This document shows, in pieces, positions 8,601 to 16,369 of a stretch of DNA of 18,973 nt (positions are counted from its first letter, which is position 1; every line of letters begins with the position of its first letter). The stretch is from Candidatus Altiarchaeota archaeon (GTDB taxonomy: Archaea > Altiarchaeota > Altiarchaeia > IMC4 > SCGC-AAA252-I15). The position numbers were made by a program, and so were the translations under genes. The notes under the pieces are model-generated. The model worked only from the letters and a program-made list of their open reading frames with translations. It was not told the DNA's origin and ran no database searches. The stretch covers positions 1-18,973 of the forward strand of contig JAZDMS010000033.1 of the NCBI GenBank assembly GCA_043800705.1, written 5' to 3'.

Positions 8601-9859
8601 CCGAACGCCTTATATACCCTTTGAGCCTCCTCCACCATGGCCCGGACGTTTTTGGCGACTTCCCCCGGCTTTACGCGCCTTCTTGCCACGTCGCTTCTCA
8701 TGGCTGCGTCGGCGACCGCCGAAGCGACAGCGGGGACGACTTCGGGGTTCAGCGGATTCGTTATGATGCACTCTTTACTCAACTCGTCGTCCCTCACCAG
8801 CGAGGCGATCGCGTGCGCCGCTGCCATCTTCATCTCCTCGTTGATGCACTTCGCGCGCACATCCAATGCTCCGCGGAAGATTCCCGGAAAGCCGAGGACG
8901 TTGTTTATCTGGTTCGGATAGTCGCTGCGGCCGGTCGCGACCACCCTCGCGCCCGCAGCCAGCGCCTTTTCCGGAGCGATCTCCGGGTCCGGGTTCGCGC
9001 AGGCGAAGACGATCGCATCCTTGCCCATTGACCTTACCATCTCCTCCGAGACGACGTTGCCGACGGAGAGGCCGACGAAGATGTCGGCGCCCGCCATCGC
9101 ATCCGCAAGCGAGCCTTCAATGCCCCCCTTATTGGTCTCCTTCGCGATCTCATGCTTGTAGGGGTTCATCCCCTCGGTGCGGCCTTCGTATATTGTGCCT
9201 TTGGTGTCGCACATTATGACGTCATTGACTCCCGCGCTGAGGTAGAATTTTGCGCATGCCAGGGCTGCGGCTCCGGCTCCGTTGAATATTATCCTGACGT
9301 CGCCGATGTCCTTTCCGACGACCTTGAGGGCGTTGATGAGCCCCGCAAGCGTGACGATGGCGGTCCCGTGCTGGTCGTCGTGCATCAGCGGAAGCTTAAT
9401 CTCCTCCTTGAGCCTGCGCTCTATCTCGAAGCACCTGGGCGAGGCGATGTCTTCGAGGTTGAAGCCTCCGAACGACGGCTCCAGGGCCTTGACCGTCCTG
9501 ACGATCTCGTCAATGTCCTTCGTCCTTAGGCATATCGGGTAGGCGTCGACTCCCGCCAGCATCTTCAGGAGCACGGCCTTCCCCTCCATCACAGGAAGCC
9601 CCGCTTCGGGACCGATGTCGCCGAGGCCCAGGACCGCGGACCCGTCCGATACGACGGCGACGGCGTTGCCTTTGTTGGTGTAGTCGTAGACCCTTTCCGG
9701 GGACTTCTCTATGGCCCGGCAGGGCTCCGCGACTCCGGGGCTGTAGGCGAGGCTCATGTCCCTCATGTCGGAGAGCGGCGTCTTGGCTATGACCGAAAGC
9801 TTGCCTTGGCGCCTTGCATGGTACTCCAGCGCCTCGTCGGCTGTGAATCTGACTGACAT
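8597..9859 (-). CDS. NAD(P)-dependent malic enzyme (no phosphotransacetylase domain)
   Basis: LAYSPGVAEPC, DGSAVLGLG, PVMEGK, NLEDI, HDDQHGTA, GAGAA, ANPDPEI, TGRSDYPNQINN. Start uncertain (9886, 9871 or 9859); 9859 preferred because AAGGGGA precedes it and a TATA-like TTTTAT sits at 9890-9885 on the minus strand. Confidence 0.95.
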   Translation of the reverse strand: MSVRFTADEALEYHARRQGKLSVIAKTPLSDMRDMSLAYSPGVAEPCRAIEKSPERVYDYTNKGNAVAVVSDGSAVLGLGDIGPEAGLPVMEGKAVLLKMLAGVDAYPICLRTKDIDEIVRTVKALEPSFGGFNLEDIASPRCFEIERRLKEEIKLPLMHDDQHGTAIVTLAGLINALKVVGKDIGDVRIIFNGAGAAALACAKFYLSAGVNDVIMCDTKGTIYEGRTEGMNPYKHEIAKETNKGGIEGSLADAMAGADIFVGLSVGNVVSEEMVRSMGKDAIVFACANPDPEIAPEKALAAGARVVATGRSDYPNQINNVLGFPGIFRGALDVRAKCINEEMKMAAAHAIASLVRDDELSKECIITNPLNPEVVPAVASAVADAAMRSDVARRRVKPGEVAKNVRAMVEEAQRVYKAFG

Positions 9860-9983
9860 ATTCCCCTTCATTGAATTCGCATCCATAAAAACCCGGCGGT
9901 TTCCTGGAGGAATCCTGGAATATTGGTTCGATCATGCAGATGGCCGCATTTATTTTGCGTACCCTTCAATACATATCAGTAAA

Positions 9984-11075
9984 ATGAACACATTCGGCTC
10001 GCTCTTTAGAGTTACCACATGGGGCGAAAGCCACGGGCCCGCAGTCGGCTGCGTCGTGGACGGATGCCCAAGCAACCTCGAGATATCCGTGGAGGAGGTG
10101 CAGAGGGAACTTGATCGCAGGAGGCCGGGGCAGAGCGAAGTCACCACGCAAAGGCAGGAGCCGGACGCAGTGGAAATCCTATCCGGGCATTTCGAGGGGA
10201 AAACCACAGGCTCCCCGATAAGCATGCTCGTCAGAAACAGGGACTCCGATCCGACAAAATACAGGGAGTTCATCGACAAGCCCAGGCCAGGCCACGCGGA
10301 CCTGACGTGGAGGATGAAGTTCGGGCACGTCGACTGGCGCGGCGGAGGGAGAGCCAGCGCGAGAGAGACTGTAGGCAGGGTTGCGGCCGCTGCAGTAGCA
10401 AAAAAAATCCTTCAAAGATTCAAGATCCAGACGATAGCCTACACGAAACAGATAGGTGGAATCAGGTCTGAGGAGGTCTTCGACTCACCTGTGAAGGGAC
10501 TCACAGACCTCATAGACTCAAACACAGTAAAGGCCTTGGACGCAGCGGCCGCGCATGAGATGGAGGCTGCTGTCAAGGAGGCCGCACGCCAGGGCGACTC
10601 ACTCGGGGGGATAGTCGAATGCGTCGTGTTCAATGTTCCGCCGGGCCTCGGGGAGCCCGTCTTCGGGAAGATGAGCTCGGAGCTTGCCGCCGCCATGATG
10701 TCCATTCCGGCGTCGAAGGGCGTGGAATTCGGCATCGGCTTCAAGGCCGCGTCGATGGCGGGAAGCCAGGTCAACGACGAATACTTCAACGAAGGCGGCA
10801 GCGTGCGCACGAGGACAAACAACGCCGGCGGCATACAGGGAGGCATCACCAACGGGATGCCAATAATTTTGCGGGTCGCGTTCAAGCCTACGGCCTCGAT
10901 CAGAAAAAGACAGAAGACCGTGGACCTGAAGACCGGAAAACCCGCCTACATTACGATCGAAGGCCGCCACGACCCCTGCGTAGTCCCGCGGGCGGTGCCA
11001 GTCGTGGAGGCCATGGTGAACCTCGTATTGGCCGACCAGATGATGCTGGCGGGGCATATACCGCGCAGACTCTGA
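9984..11075 (+). CDS. aroC: Chorismate synthase
   Basis: MNTFG..FRVTTWGESHG, RRRPGQS, RPGHAD, RGGGRASARET, SIPASKGVEFG, NNAGGIQGGITNG, FKPTASI, GRHDPC. Start is ATG 9984; the track's 9756 start overlaps the malic enzyme gene. Confidence 0.98.
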   Translation: MNTFGSLFRVTTWGESHGPAVGCVVDGCPSNLEISVEEVQRELDRRRPGQSEVTTQRQEPDAVEILSGHFEGKTTGSPISMLVRNRDSDPTKYREFIDKPRPGHADLTWRMKFGHVDWRGGGRASARETVGRVAAAAVAKKILQRFKIQTIAYTKQIGGIRSEEVFDSPVKGLTDLIDSNTVKALDAAAAHEMEAAVKEAARQGDSLGGIVECVVFNVPPGLGEPVFGKMSSELAAAMMSIPASKGVEFGIGFKAASMAGSQVNDEYFNEGGSVRTRTNNAGGIQGGITNGMPIILRVAFKPTASIRKRQKTVDLKTGKPAYITIEGRHDPCVVPRAVPVVEAMVNLVLADQMMLAGHIPRRL

Positions 11076-11094
11076 CCTGCTCAAGATTTTCGCA

Positions 11095-11250
11095 TCACAT
11101 CTGCTCGAGCTCCTTCTTCAGTTTCGCGAGTTCCTCGTGGTTCTTCGGGTTCTTCCTGAGTGGGTCCATCCTGCATTTCTGCTCCAGCTCCTCGATTCTC
11201 GCCTTCAGCTTCGTCTTCCCCTTCGCAAGGTCCCTTTTGCTCATGCCCAT
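11095..11250 (-). CDS. Small basic helical protein, 51 aa (MGMSKRDLAKGKTKLKARIEELEQKCRMDPLRKNPKNHEELAKLKKELEQM)
   Basis: Hand-translated; below the ORF-track cutoff. GAGGTGA RBS at 11261-11255, host-like AAG/GAG/CTG codons, fills the aroC-pstS gap. Confidence 0.8.
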   Translation of the reverse strand: MGMSKRDLAKGKTKLKARIEELEQKCRMDPLRKNPKNHEELAKLKKELEQM

Positions 11251-11313
11251 ATGTTCACCTCGTTGGTATCATGTTTGGCTTAAACATATATTAATCGCCA
11301 AGCAGATTGTTAA

Positions 11314-12243
11314 GTGATGCGCAAGGGTTTATCCGCGGTTTTTATCCTGATAGTGCTTATAGCAGGCTGCGAAAGCAGGCAGGAATCGATCAAGGTATCG
11401 GGCGCGTTCGCATTGTATCCCCTGATGGTGAAATGGGCCGACGAGTACCAGAAGCTCCACCCCGGCGTGAGGATCGAGGTGTCGGCGGGCGGGGCCGGCA
11501 AAGGGATGTCGGACGCGCTTTCCGGCCTTGTCGAGATCGGGATGATTTCACGGGACATCGACCAGTCCGAGGTCGACAAGGGGGCGTTCTACGTTGCCGT
11601 CGCGAAGGATGCGGTCGTGCCGACGGCGAACCGGAACAATCCCTTGGCGCAGGAGCTGAAGGGTCGCGGACTCACAAAGGCGGAGTTCAAGGAGGTCTTC
11701 GTCATCGGCAACCGGACGCGGTGGGGCAGCCTCGTCGGCGCCGACGCGGCGGACGATAGGATATCTCTCTACACCAGGGCCGACTCCTGCGGCGCAGCGG
11801 ACATATGGGCCAAGTTCATGGGCGCCAAGCAGGAGGACCTGAAGGGCATCGGAGTAAACGCCGACCCCGGCATCGCGGATGCTGTCTCGAGGGACAGAAA
11901 CGGGATGGGATACAACAACATCGGATTCGCATACGACGAGAAGACCGGCAAGCCGATGGGCGACCTCATGATCCTGCCGATAGACATAAACGGCGACGGA
12001 AGGGTCAGCGAGGACGAGAGCTTCTACGACGACCGTCAGAGCATACTCGACGCCATACTGGCCGGCAAATACCCGTCTCCGCCGGCAAGGGACCTCTACA
12101 TCGCGACGAAGGGGAATTTCAGCGGCTCCGCCGGGGAATTCGTCAGGTGGATGCTGACCGACGGCCAGCAGTATGTCCCCGAGGCCGGATACATCCCGCT
12201 AGCAAAGGACCGGCTGCAGGAGCAGGTCAGGAAGCTGGGTTAG
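11314..12243 (+). CDS. pstS: Phosphate ABC transporter substrate-binding lipoprotein
   Basis: Lipobox-like LIAGC after a hydrophobic signal; SGAFALYPL, SAGGAGKG, GMISRD, VAKDAVV, YTRADSCGAA; precedes pstCAB. Start is GTG 11314 or ATG 11317. Confidence 0.92.
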   Translation: MMRKGLSAVFILIVLIAGCESRQESIKVSGAFALYPLMVKWADEYQKLHPGVRIEVSAGGAGKGMSDALSGLVEIGMISRDIDQSEVDKGAFYVAVAKDAVVPTANRNNPLAQELKGRGLTKAEFKEVFVIGNRTRWGSLVGADAADDRISLYTRADSCGAADIWAKFMGAKQEDLKGIGVNADPGIADAVSRDRNGMGYNNIGFAYDEKTGKPMGDLMILPIDINGDGRVSEDESFYDDRQSILDAILAGKYPSPPARDLYIATKGNFSGSAGEFVRWMLTDGQQYVPEAGYIPLAKDRLQEQVRKLG

Positions 12244-12247
12244 CCGT

Positions 12248-13135
12248 ATGGACCGGGTGAAGCTCGACAAGGCGGCGGGCATCCTGATGAAGGCCCTAGC
12301 ATCCTCCTCCCTGCTCATACTTTTCTTGATCGTGATAGGCCTGCTCTCCAAGTCGGAGATGATACTCTCCGCGGAATCGCTCCCCCAGCTCATCCTCTCG
12401 TCGGACTGGAAGCCGTCGAGGGGGCTCTTCGGCTTCTACCCGTTCATAACCGGGACCATCCTCGTCACGTTCTCGACGATGGTCTTTTCGGTCCCCCTCT
12501 GCCTGCTTGCCGCCATATACCTCGCTGAATACGCTAGCAAGGGATTCAGGTCGACGGTGAAAGGGGGGATAGACACGCTGGCGGGGATACCGTCGGTCAT
12601 ATTCGGGCTGTGGGGGGTCCTTTTCATCGTCCCCTTCATCCGCGACTTTGTGGCGCCGGCGTTCGGCTATGAGACCTCGGGCTACTGCATACTCTCAGGC
12701 TCGCTCGTCCTGACTCTCATGGTCGTCCCCATCATGCTCTCCATCATGCAGGAGATAATCATGTCGGTCCCCCAGGACCTGAAGGAATCGTCCTACGCGG
12801 TGGGTGCGACTAGGTGGGAGACGATAAAGAAGATAATACTCCCGAAGACGTCGGCCGGGCTTTTCTCCGCCGTCATCCTCGGATTCAGCAGGGCCTTCGG
12901 CGAGACGATGGCAGTCCTGATGGTTGTCGGCAACGTGGCCTCCAACGCCCAAAGCCCGTTCGATCCCGTCTACCCTCTGACGGCGCTGATAGCGAACAAC
13001 TACGGGGAGATGATGTCGGTCCCCCTGTACGAGTCTGCGCTCCTGTTCGGCGCCCTACTCCTTCTGATGCTCGTAGTCGCATTCGACCTCTTCGCCAGAT
13101 ACGTCATTAGAAGGCTGCATGCGGAGGGCTGTTAG
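12248..13135 (+). CDS. pstC: Phosphate ABC transporter permease PstC
   Basis: AIYLAEYA, LAGIPSVIFGLWG, VPQDLKESSYAVGATRWETI, RAFGETMAVLMVVGN. Confidence 0.96.
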   Translation: MDRVKLDKAAGILMKALASSSLLILFLIVIGLLSKSEMILSAESLPQLILSSDWKPSRGLFGFYPFITGTILVTFSTMVFSVPLCLLAAIYLAEYASKGFRSTVKGGIDTLAGIPSVIFGLWGVLFIVPFIRDFVAPAFGYETSGYCILSGSLVLTLMVVPIMLSIMQEIIMSVPQDLKESSYAVGATRWETIKKIILPKTSAGLFSAVILGFSRAFGETMAVLMVVGNVASNAQSPFDPVYPLTALIANNYGEMMSVPLYESALLFGALLLLMLVVAFDLFARYVIRRLHAEGC

Positions 13136-13987
13136 ATGGATGCAAGACGGCTTGAAGAGGCTGCGTTCAAGGCTCTGGGCCTCGCGTCGATACTGATAAT
13201 AATATCCTGCCTTCTTCTGATGATCCTCACTATCCTGATAAAGGGATTGCCGGGATTGAGCTGGGCGATGGTGAGTCAGGAGCCCCAAAGCGGATTCTAC
13301 CTCGGCGGCGGAGGCGGGATACTCAACGCGATAATCGGCTCGATCTACCTCGCTGCCGGAGGGACCGCGCTGGCGTTCGCCGTCAGCCTCCCGACGGCGA
13401 TATTCCTGCAGAGGGAATATTCCGACGGGTCGGGGCTGGCCGAGGCCATCAGGTCATGCCTCGACATCCTCTGGGGAATACCCTCTATCATATACGGGGC
13501 GTTCGGGTTCATCATCATGCTCTACCTTGGGATGAGGGCGTCCCTGCTTGCAGGCATCCTGTCCCTGGCGTTCGTCGTCTTCCCGATAATGACCCGCTCA
13601 TTCGACGAGATACTCAGGACCATCCCACCGGAACTCAAGGAGGTCTCCTACGCGGTCGGGGCGACCCGCCTGGAGACGATGCTGTCCGTGACCCTCAGAC
13701 AGGCGGCCCCCGGTATATTGACGGGGATCATACTGTCCTTCGGCAGGGCCATAGGCGACGCGGCCTCGATCCTGTTCACCGCGGGATACTCTGACCAGGT
13801 GCCAAGGTCGCTGATGGACCCGGTGGCGTCGCTGCCCCTTGCGATATTCTTCCAGTTCGGCACCCCCTACCAGGCCGTCCAGGCGAGGGCCTACACGTCG
13901 GCGGTCATTTTACTCCTTATAGTGCTATTATTGACTTCGATGACCAGGATCATGAGCAGCATATCCAGGAGGTATCTCATACGATGA
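13136..13987 (+). CDS. pstA: Phosphate ABC transporter permease PstA
   Basis: GGGILNAIIGS, LWGIPSIIYGAFG, ELKEVSYAVGATRLET, GRAIGDAA; TAGATG junction with pstC. Confidence 0.95.
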   Translation: MDARRLEEAAFKALGLASILIIISCLLLMILTILIKGLPGLSWAMVSQEPQSGFYLGGGGGILNAIIGSIYLAAGGTALAFAVSLPTAIFLQREYSDGSGLAEAIRSCLDILWGIPSIIYGAFGFIIMLYLGMRASLLAGILSLAFVVFPIMTRSFDEILRTIPPELKEVSYAVGATRLETMLSVTLRQAAPGILTGIILSFGRAIGDAASILFTAGYSDQVPRSLMDPVASLPLAIFFQFGTPYQAVQARAYTSAVILLLIVLLLTSMTRIMSSISRRYLIR

Positions 13988-14979
13988 CGGAGGAGTACAT
14001 ACGGATCGAGGACCTGAACATCCTGCAGGGGCAGAAGGACCTATTGAAGGACATCAACCTCCAGATCCCTGAGAAGAGGATAATATGCGTCATCGGCCCT
14101 TCAGGCTGCGGGAAGACCATATTCCTGCGGTGCTTCAACAGGTTCATAGACTACAACGAGGACCTGAAGGCGACCGGCAGGATACTCATCGACGGCATGG
14201 ACGCCCTCGACCCCGCAATCGACGTCATCAGCCTCAGGACGACCGTTGGCATGATACTGCAGACGCCGTATCCCCTGCCTATGAACATCTACGACAACGT
14301 CGCATACGGGCCCAGGCTCCACGGGATAAAGGACAAAGTGGCGCTAGACGGGATCGTCGAAGGCAGCCTCAAGCAGGCCGCCCTCTGGGAGGAGCTGAAG
14401 GGCAGGCTGCATGAACCTGCCACGAGGCTGTCAATCGGCCAGCAGCAAAGGCTCTCGCTCGCACGGGTCCTCGCAGTCAAGCCGAGGATACTCGTATGCG
14501 ACGAGCCCACCTCCGCCCTGGACCCAGTCTCCTCGAAGAAGATAGAGGAACAGCTCCTGAAGCTTCGGAAGAACTACACCATCATCCTGTCGACGCACAA
14601 CATCCACCAGGCAAAGCGCCTCGCGGACTACGTCATCTACCTCTACCTCGGCAGCCTCATCGAGCACGGCCCCGCGGACGAAATCTTCAACAACCCCAAA
14701 CACGAGCGGACGAAGGCATACCTCAAAGGCGAATACTACGAGGATTACACGGTCGACAGGGAACTCGACCTCAGGGAATACGGCTCTCCCGCGAACTTCC
14801 TCAAGGCGAAGGAGGCCATAGACGGGCTCCGGCTGGAGCAGGTCCTGAGAATCGTCGTGAACACGCGGGAAGCCCTCCGAGACATTCCCCCCGGCCTCGA
14901 GACCGAAGGCCACAAGATCATCCACCGCAAGAAGCTGAACGACGTAGACTGGGAGATAGTAGTCAGGAAGATGGAGTAG
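13984..14979 (+). CDS. pstB: Phosphate ABC transporter ATPase PstB with C-terminal TusA/SirA-like extension
   Basis: Walker A GPSGCGKT, NIYDNVAYG, signature LSIGQQQR, Walker B DEPTSALDP, THN switch, PstB end IFNNPKHERTKAYLKG, then about 80 extra residues. ATGA overlap with pstA. Confidence 0.94.
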   Translation: MTEEYIRIEDLNILQGQKDLLKDINLQIPEKRIICVIGPSGCGKTIFLRCFNRFIDYNEDLKATGRILIDGMDALDPAIDVISLRTTVGMILQTPYPLPMNIYDNVAYGPRLHGIKDKVALDGIVEGSLKQAALWEELKGRLHEPATRLSIGQQQRLSLARVLAVKPRILVCDEPTSALDPVSSKKIEEQLLKLRKNYTIILSTHNIHQAKRLADYVIYLYLGSLIEHGPADEIFNNPKHERTKAYLKGEYYEDYTVDRELDLREYGSPANFLKAKEAIDGLRLEQVLRIVVNTREALRDIPPGLETEGHKIIHRKKLNDVDWEIVVRKME

Positions 14980-15015
14980 GATGATGCTCCGCATGGTTGC
15001 ATCCCGGATACGGGC

Positions 15016-15969
15016 TCATGGATGAATCGCTCTCCCCTTCGAATCCAAGACGATGCCGAAGCATTCCCTGAATATCCTCACGCAGTCAGCCTCGTCCTGC
15101 GCGTTGAATACGGCGTATCCTTCCGGGACGCCGGTGCCTTTGTCGTTGACTGCGACATAAGTCTCAACCCTCAGGGTGTCCCTGATCTCCTTAAGGAGGT
15201 TCAGCTGCTGCTGCAGGTCGGCCTGCGGGTCGATGATGTAAAGGACGAAGTCTGCGAGGTGCCTGATGGCGAGTATCGCCTGCAGCTCCACGTGGTTTCG
15301 TTCGCTCATCGGCCTGTCAAGGATCCCCGGCGAGTCGATTATCTGGTATTCGTCGTGCCTTATGCTCTTGTAGCCGATCATTATGTCCGTCGTCGTGAAA
15401 GGGTATGATGCGACCTTGATCTTGGAGCCCGTAAGCGTCCTCACGAACGTGCTCTTTCCCGCGTTCGGTATCCCTGCCACGACGAGCGTCGGCTCGTCCT
15501 TGAAGAATGGGAAGCTCCTCAGCGCCTTCTTGACATCCTGGAGGAACTTAAGGTCGGATTTGACCCTCTTCACGAACGACGCCGCCCTGCCTAAAAACGG
15601 CATGCTCTGCTCGGTGTCCTTCGTCGTCTTCAGCTTCCTGAGCGTCTTCTGCTGGAGGGATTCGACGCGGTCCGCGGCCCAGTTCACTGCCCCGATGCTC
15701 TTCTTGTACTTGTCCTTCTTGACCCTCAGGTCGAGGAGGTACTGGTGGAACTCGGACAGGTCCTCGAACTGGGGGAAGCGCTCGACGATCGCGTTCAAAT
15801 GGCCTGTGATGATGTTGCCTGCGACCAACACCCTCCTGATTTCCCCTGTCAGTATCTTCTCAGGGACCTTCGGCCCCATGGCACGGGCCCTCTTCGCCTC
15901 CATCGACCCGGCCTTATAGGCCTTGTCTATGAGGTCCTCTGCGGACGGGACGTCGGGAATCTTAAACAT
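15016..15969 (-). CDS. NOG1-family (OBG-like) GTP-binding protein
   Basis: Helical N-domain (VPSAEDLIDKAY...FPQFEDLSEF), G1 GIPNAGKS, G2 YPFTT, G3 DSPGILDRPMSERN..ELQAILA. Confidence 0.93.
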   Translation of the reverse strand: MFKIPDVPSAEDLIDKAYKAGSMEAKRARAMGPKVPEKILTGEIRRVLVAGNIITGHLNAIVERFPQFEDLSEFHQYLLDLRVKKDKYKKSIGAVNWAADRVESLQQKTLRKLKTTKDTEQSMPFLGRAASFVKRVKSDLKFLQDVKKALRSFPFFKDEPTLVVAGIPNAGKSTFVRTLTGSKIKVASYPFTTTDIMIGYKSIRHDEYQIIDSPGILDRPMSERNHVELQAILAIRHLADFVLYIIDPQADLQQQLNLLKEIRDTLRVETYVAVNDKGTGVPEGYAVFNAQDEADCVRIFRECFGIVLDSKGRAIHP

Positions 15970-16014
15970 AGTATATTATAACCCCGCACTAGTATAATAT
16001 CAGGTGATATCCAA
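15970..16014. promoter_or_regulatory. Compact bidirectional promoter with RBS
   Basis: 45-bp gap with ATATTATA (15973-15980) and its reverse complement TATAATAT (15993-16000); AGGTGA RBS at 16002-16007 before ATG 16015. Confidence 0.6.
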
Positions 16015-16365
16015 ATGGCAAAACAAACGGTAAAGGTCAAGCATCTGGGTCTGGTATCTACAGGAAAATTCTTTGCGGTGTTCTGGTTCATCTTCAGCCT
16101 GATTCTGACCGTGATATTCGGCGTATTCTTCGGCTTCTTCGCCCTATTGTCGACGGTGTTGGGCCTAGGTTTCGGCGGGTCGGATGCCATCCTGCCGACG
16201 ATCATGATGCTTGTCATGAACGTCGGCTTTTTCCTGGTGATGGCGGTAATCCTGCTAGTAGTCTATCCGATAATGGGATGCATCATCGGCTTCGTGGGCG
16301 CGTTCGCCTTCAACATGGTAGTGAAGCTTTCGGGAGGCCTGTCGTTCGACGCGGAGATCGCCTGA
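16015..16365 (+). CDS. Small two-TM membrane protein, DUF3566-like
   Basis: VKVKHLGLVSTGK, two long hydrophobic segments, C-terminal FNMVVKLSGGLSF resembling the DUF3566 YN..a...GGi pattern (recognised by eye); good RBS. Confidence 0.75.
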   Translation: MAKQTVKVKHLGLVSTGKFFAVFWFIFSLILTVIFGVFFGFFALLSTVLGLGFGGSDAILPTIMMLVMNVGFFLVMAVILLVVYPIMGCIIGFVGAFAFNMVVKLSGGLSFDAEIA

Positions 16366-16369
16366 GGGT

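Noticed and set aside
9756-9983. N-terminal extension of AroC (also of RadB 17416-17496 and fumarase beta 7753-7791)
   Set aside because: ORF-caller longest-start artefacts that overlap neighbouring genes; family homology begins at the downstream starts.
10400-10407. A8 homopolymer in aroC as a phase-variation site
   Set aside because: The frame is intact and the run encodes the ordinary AKK segment; the tract is short.
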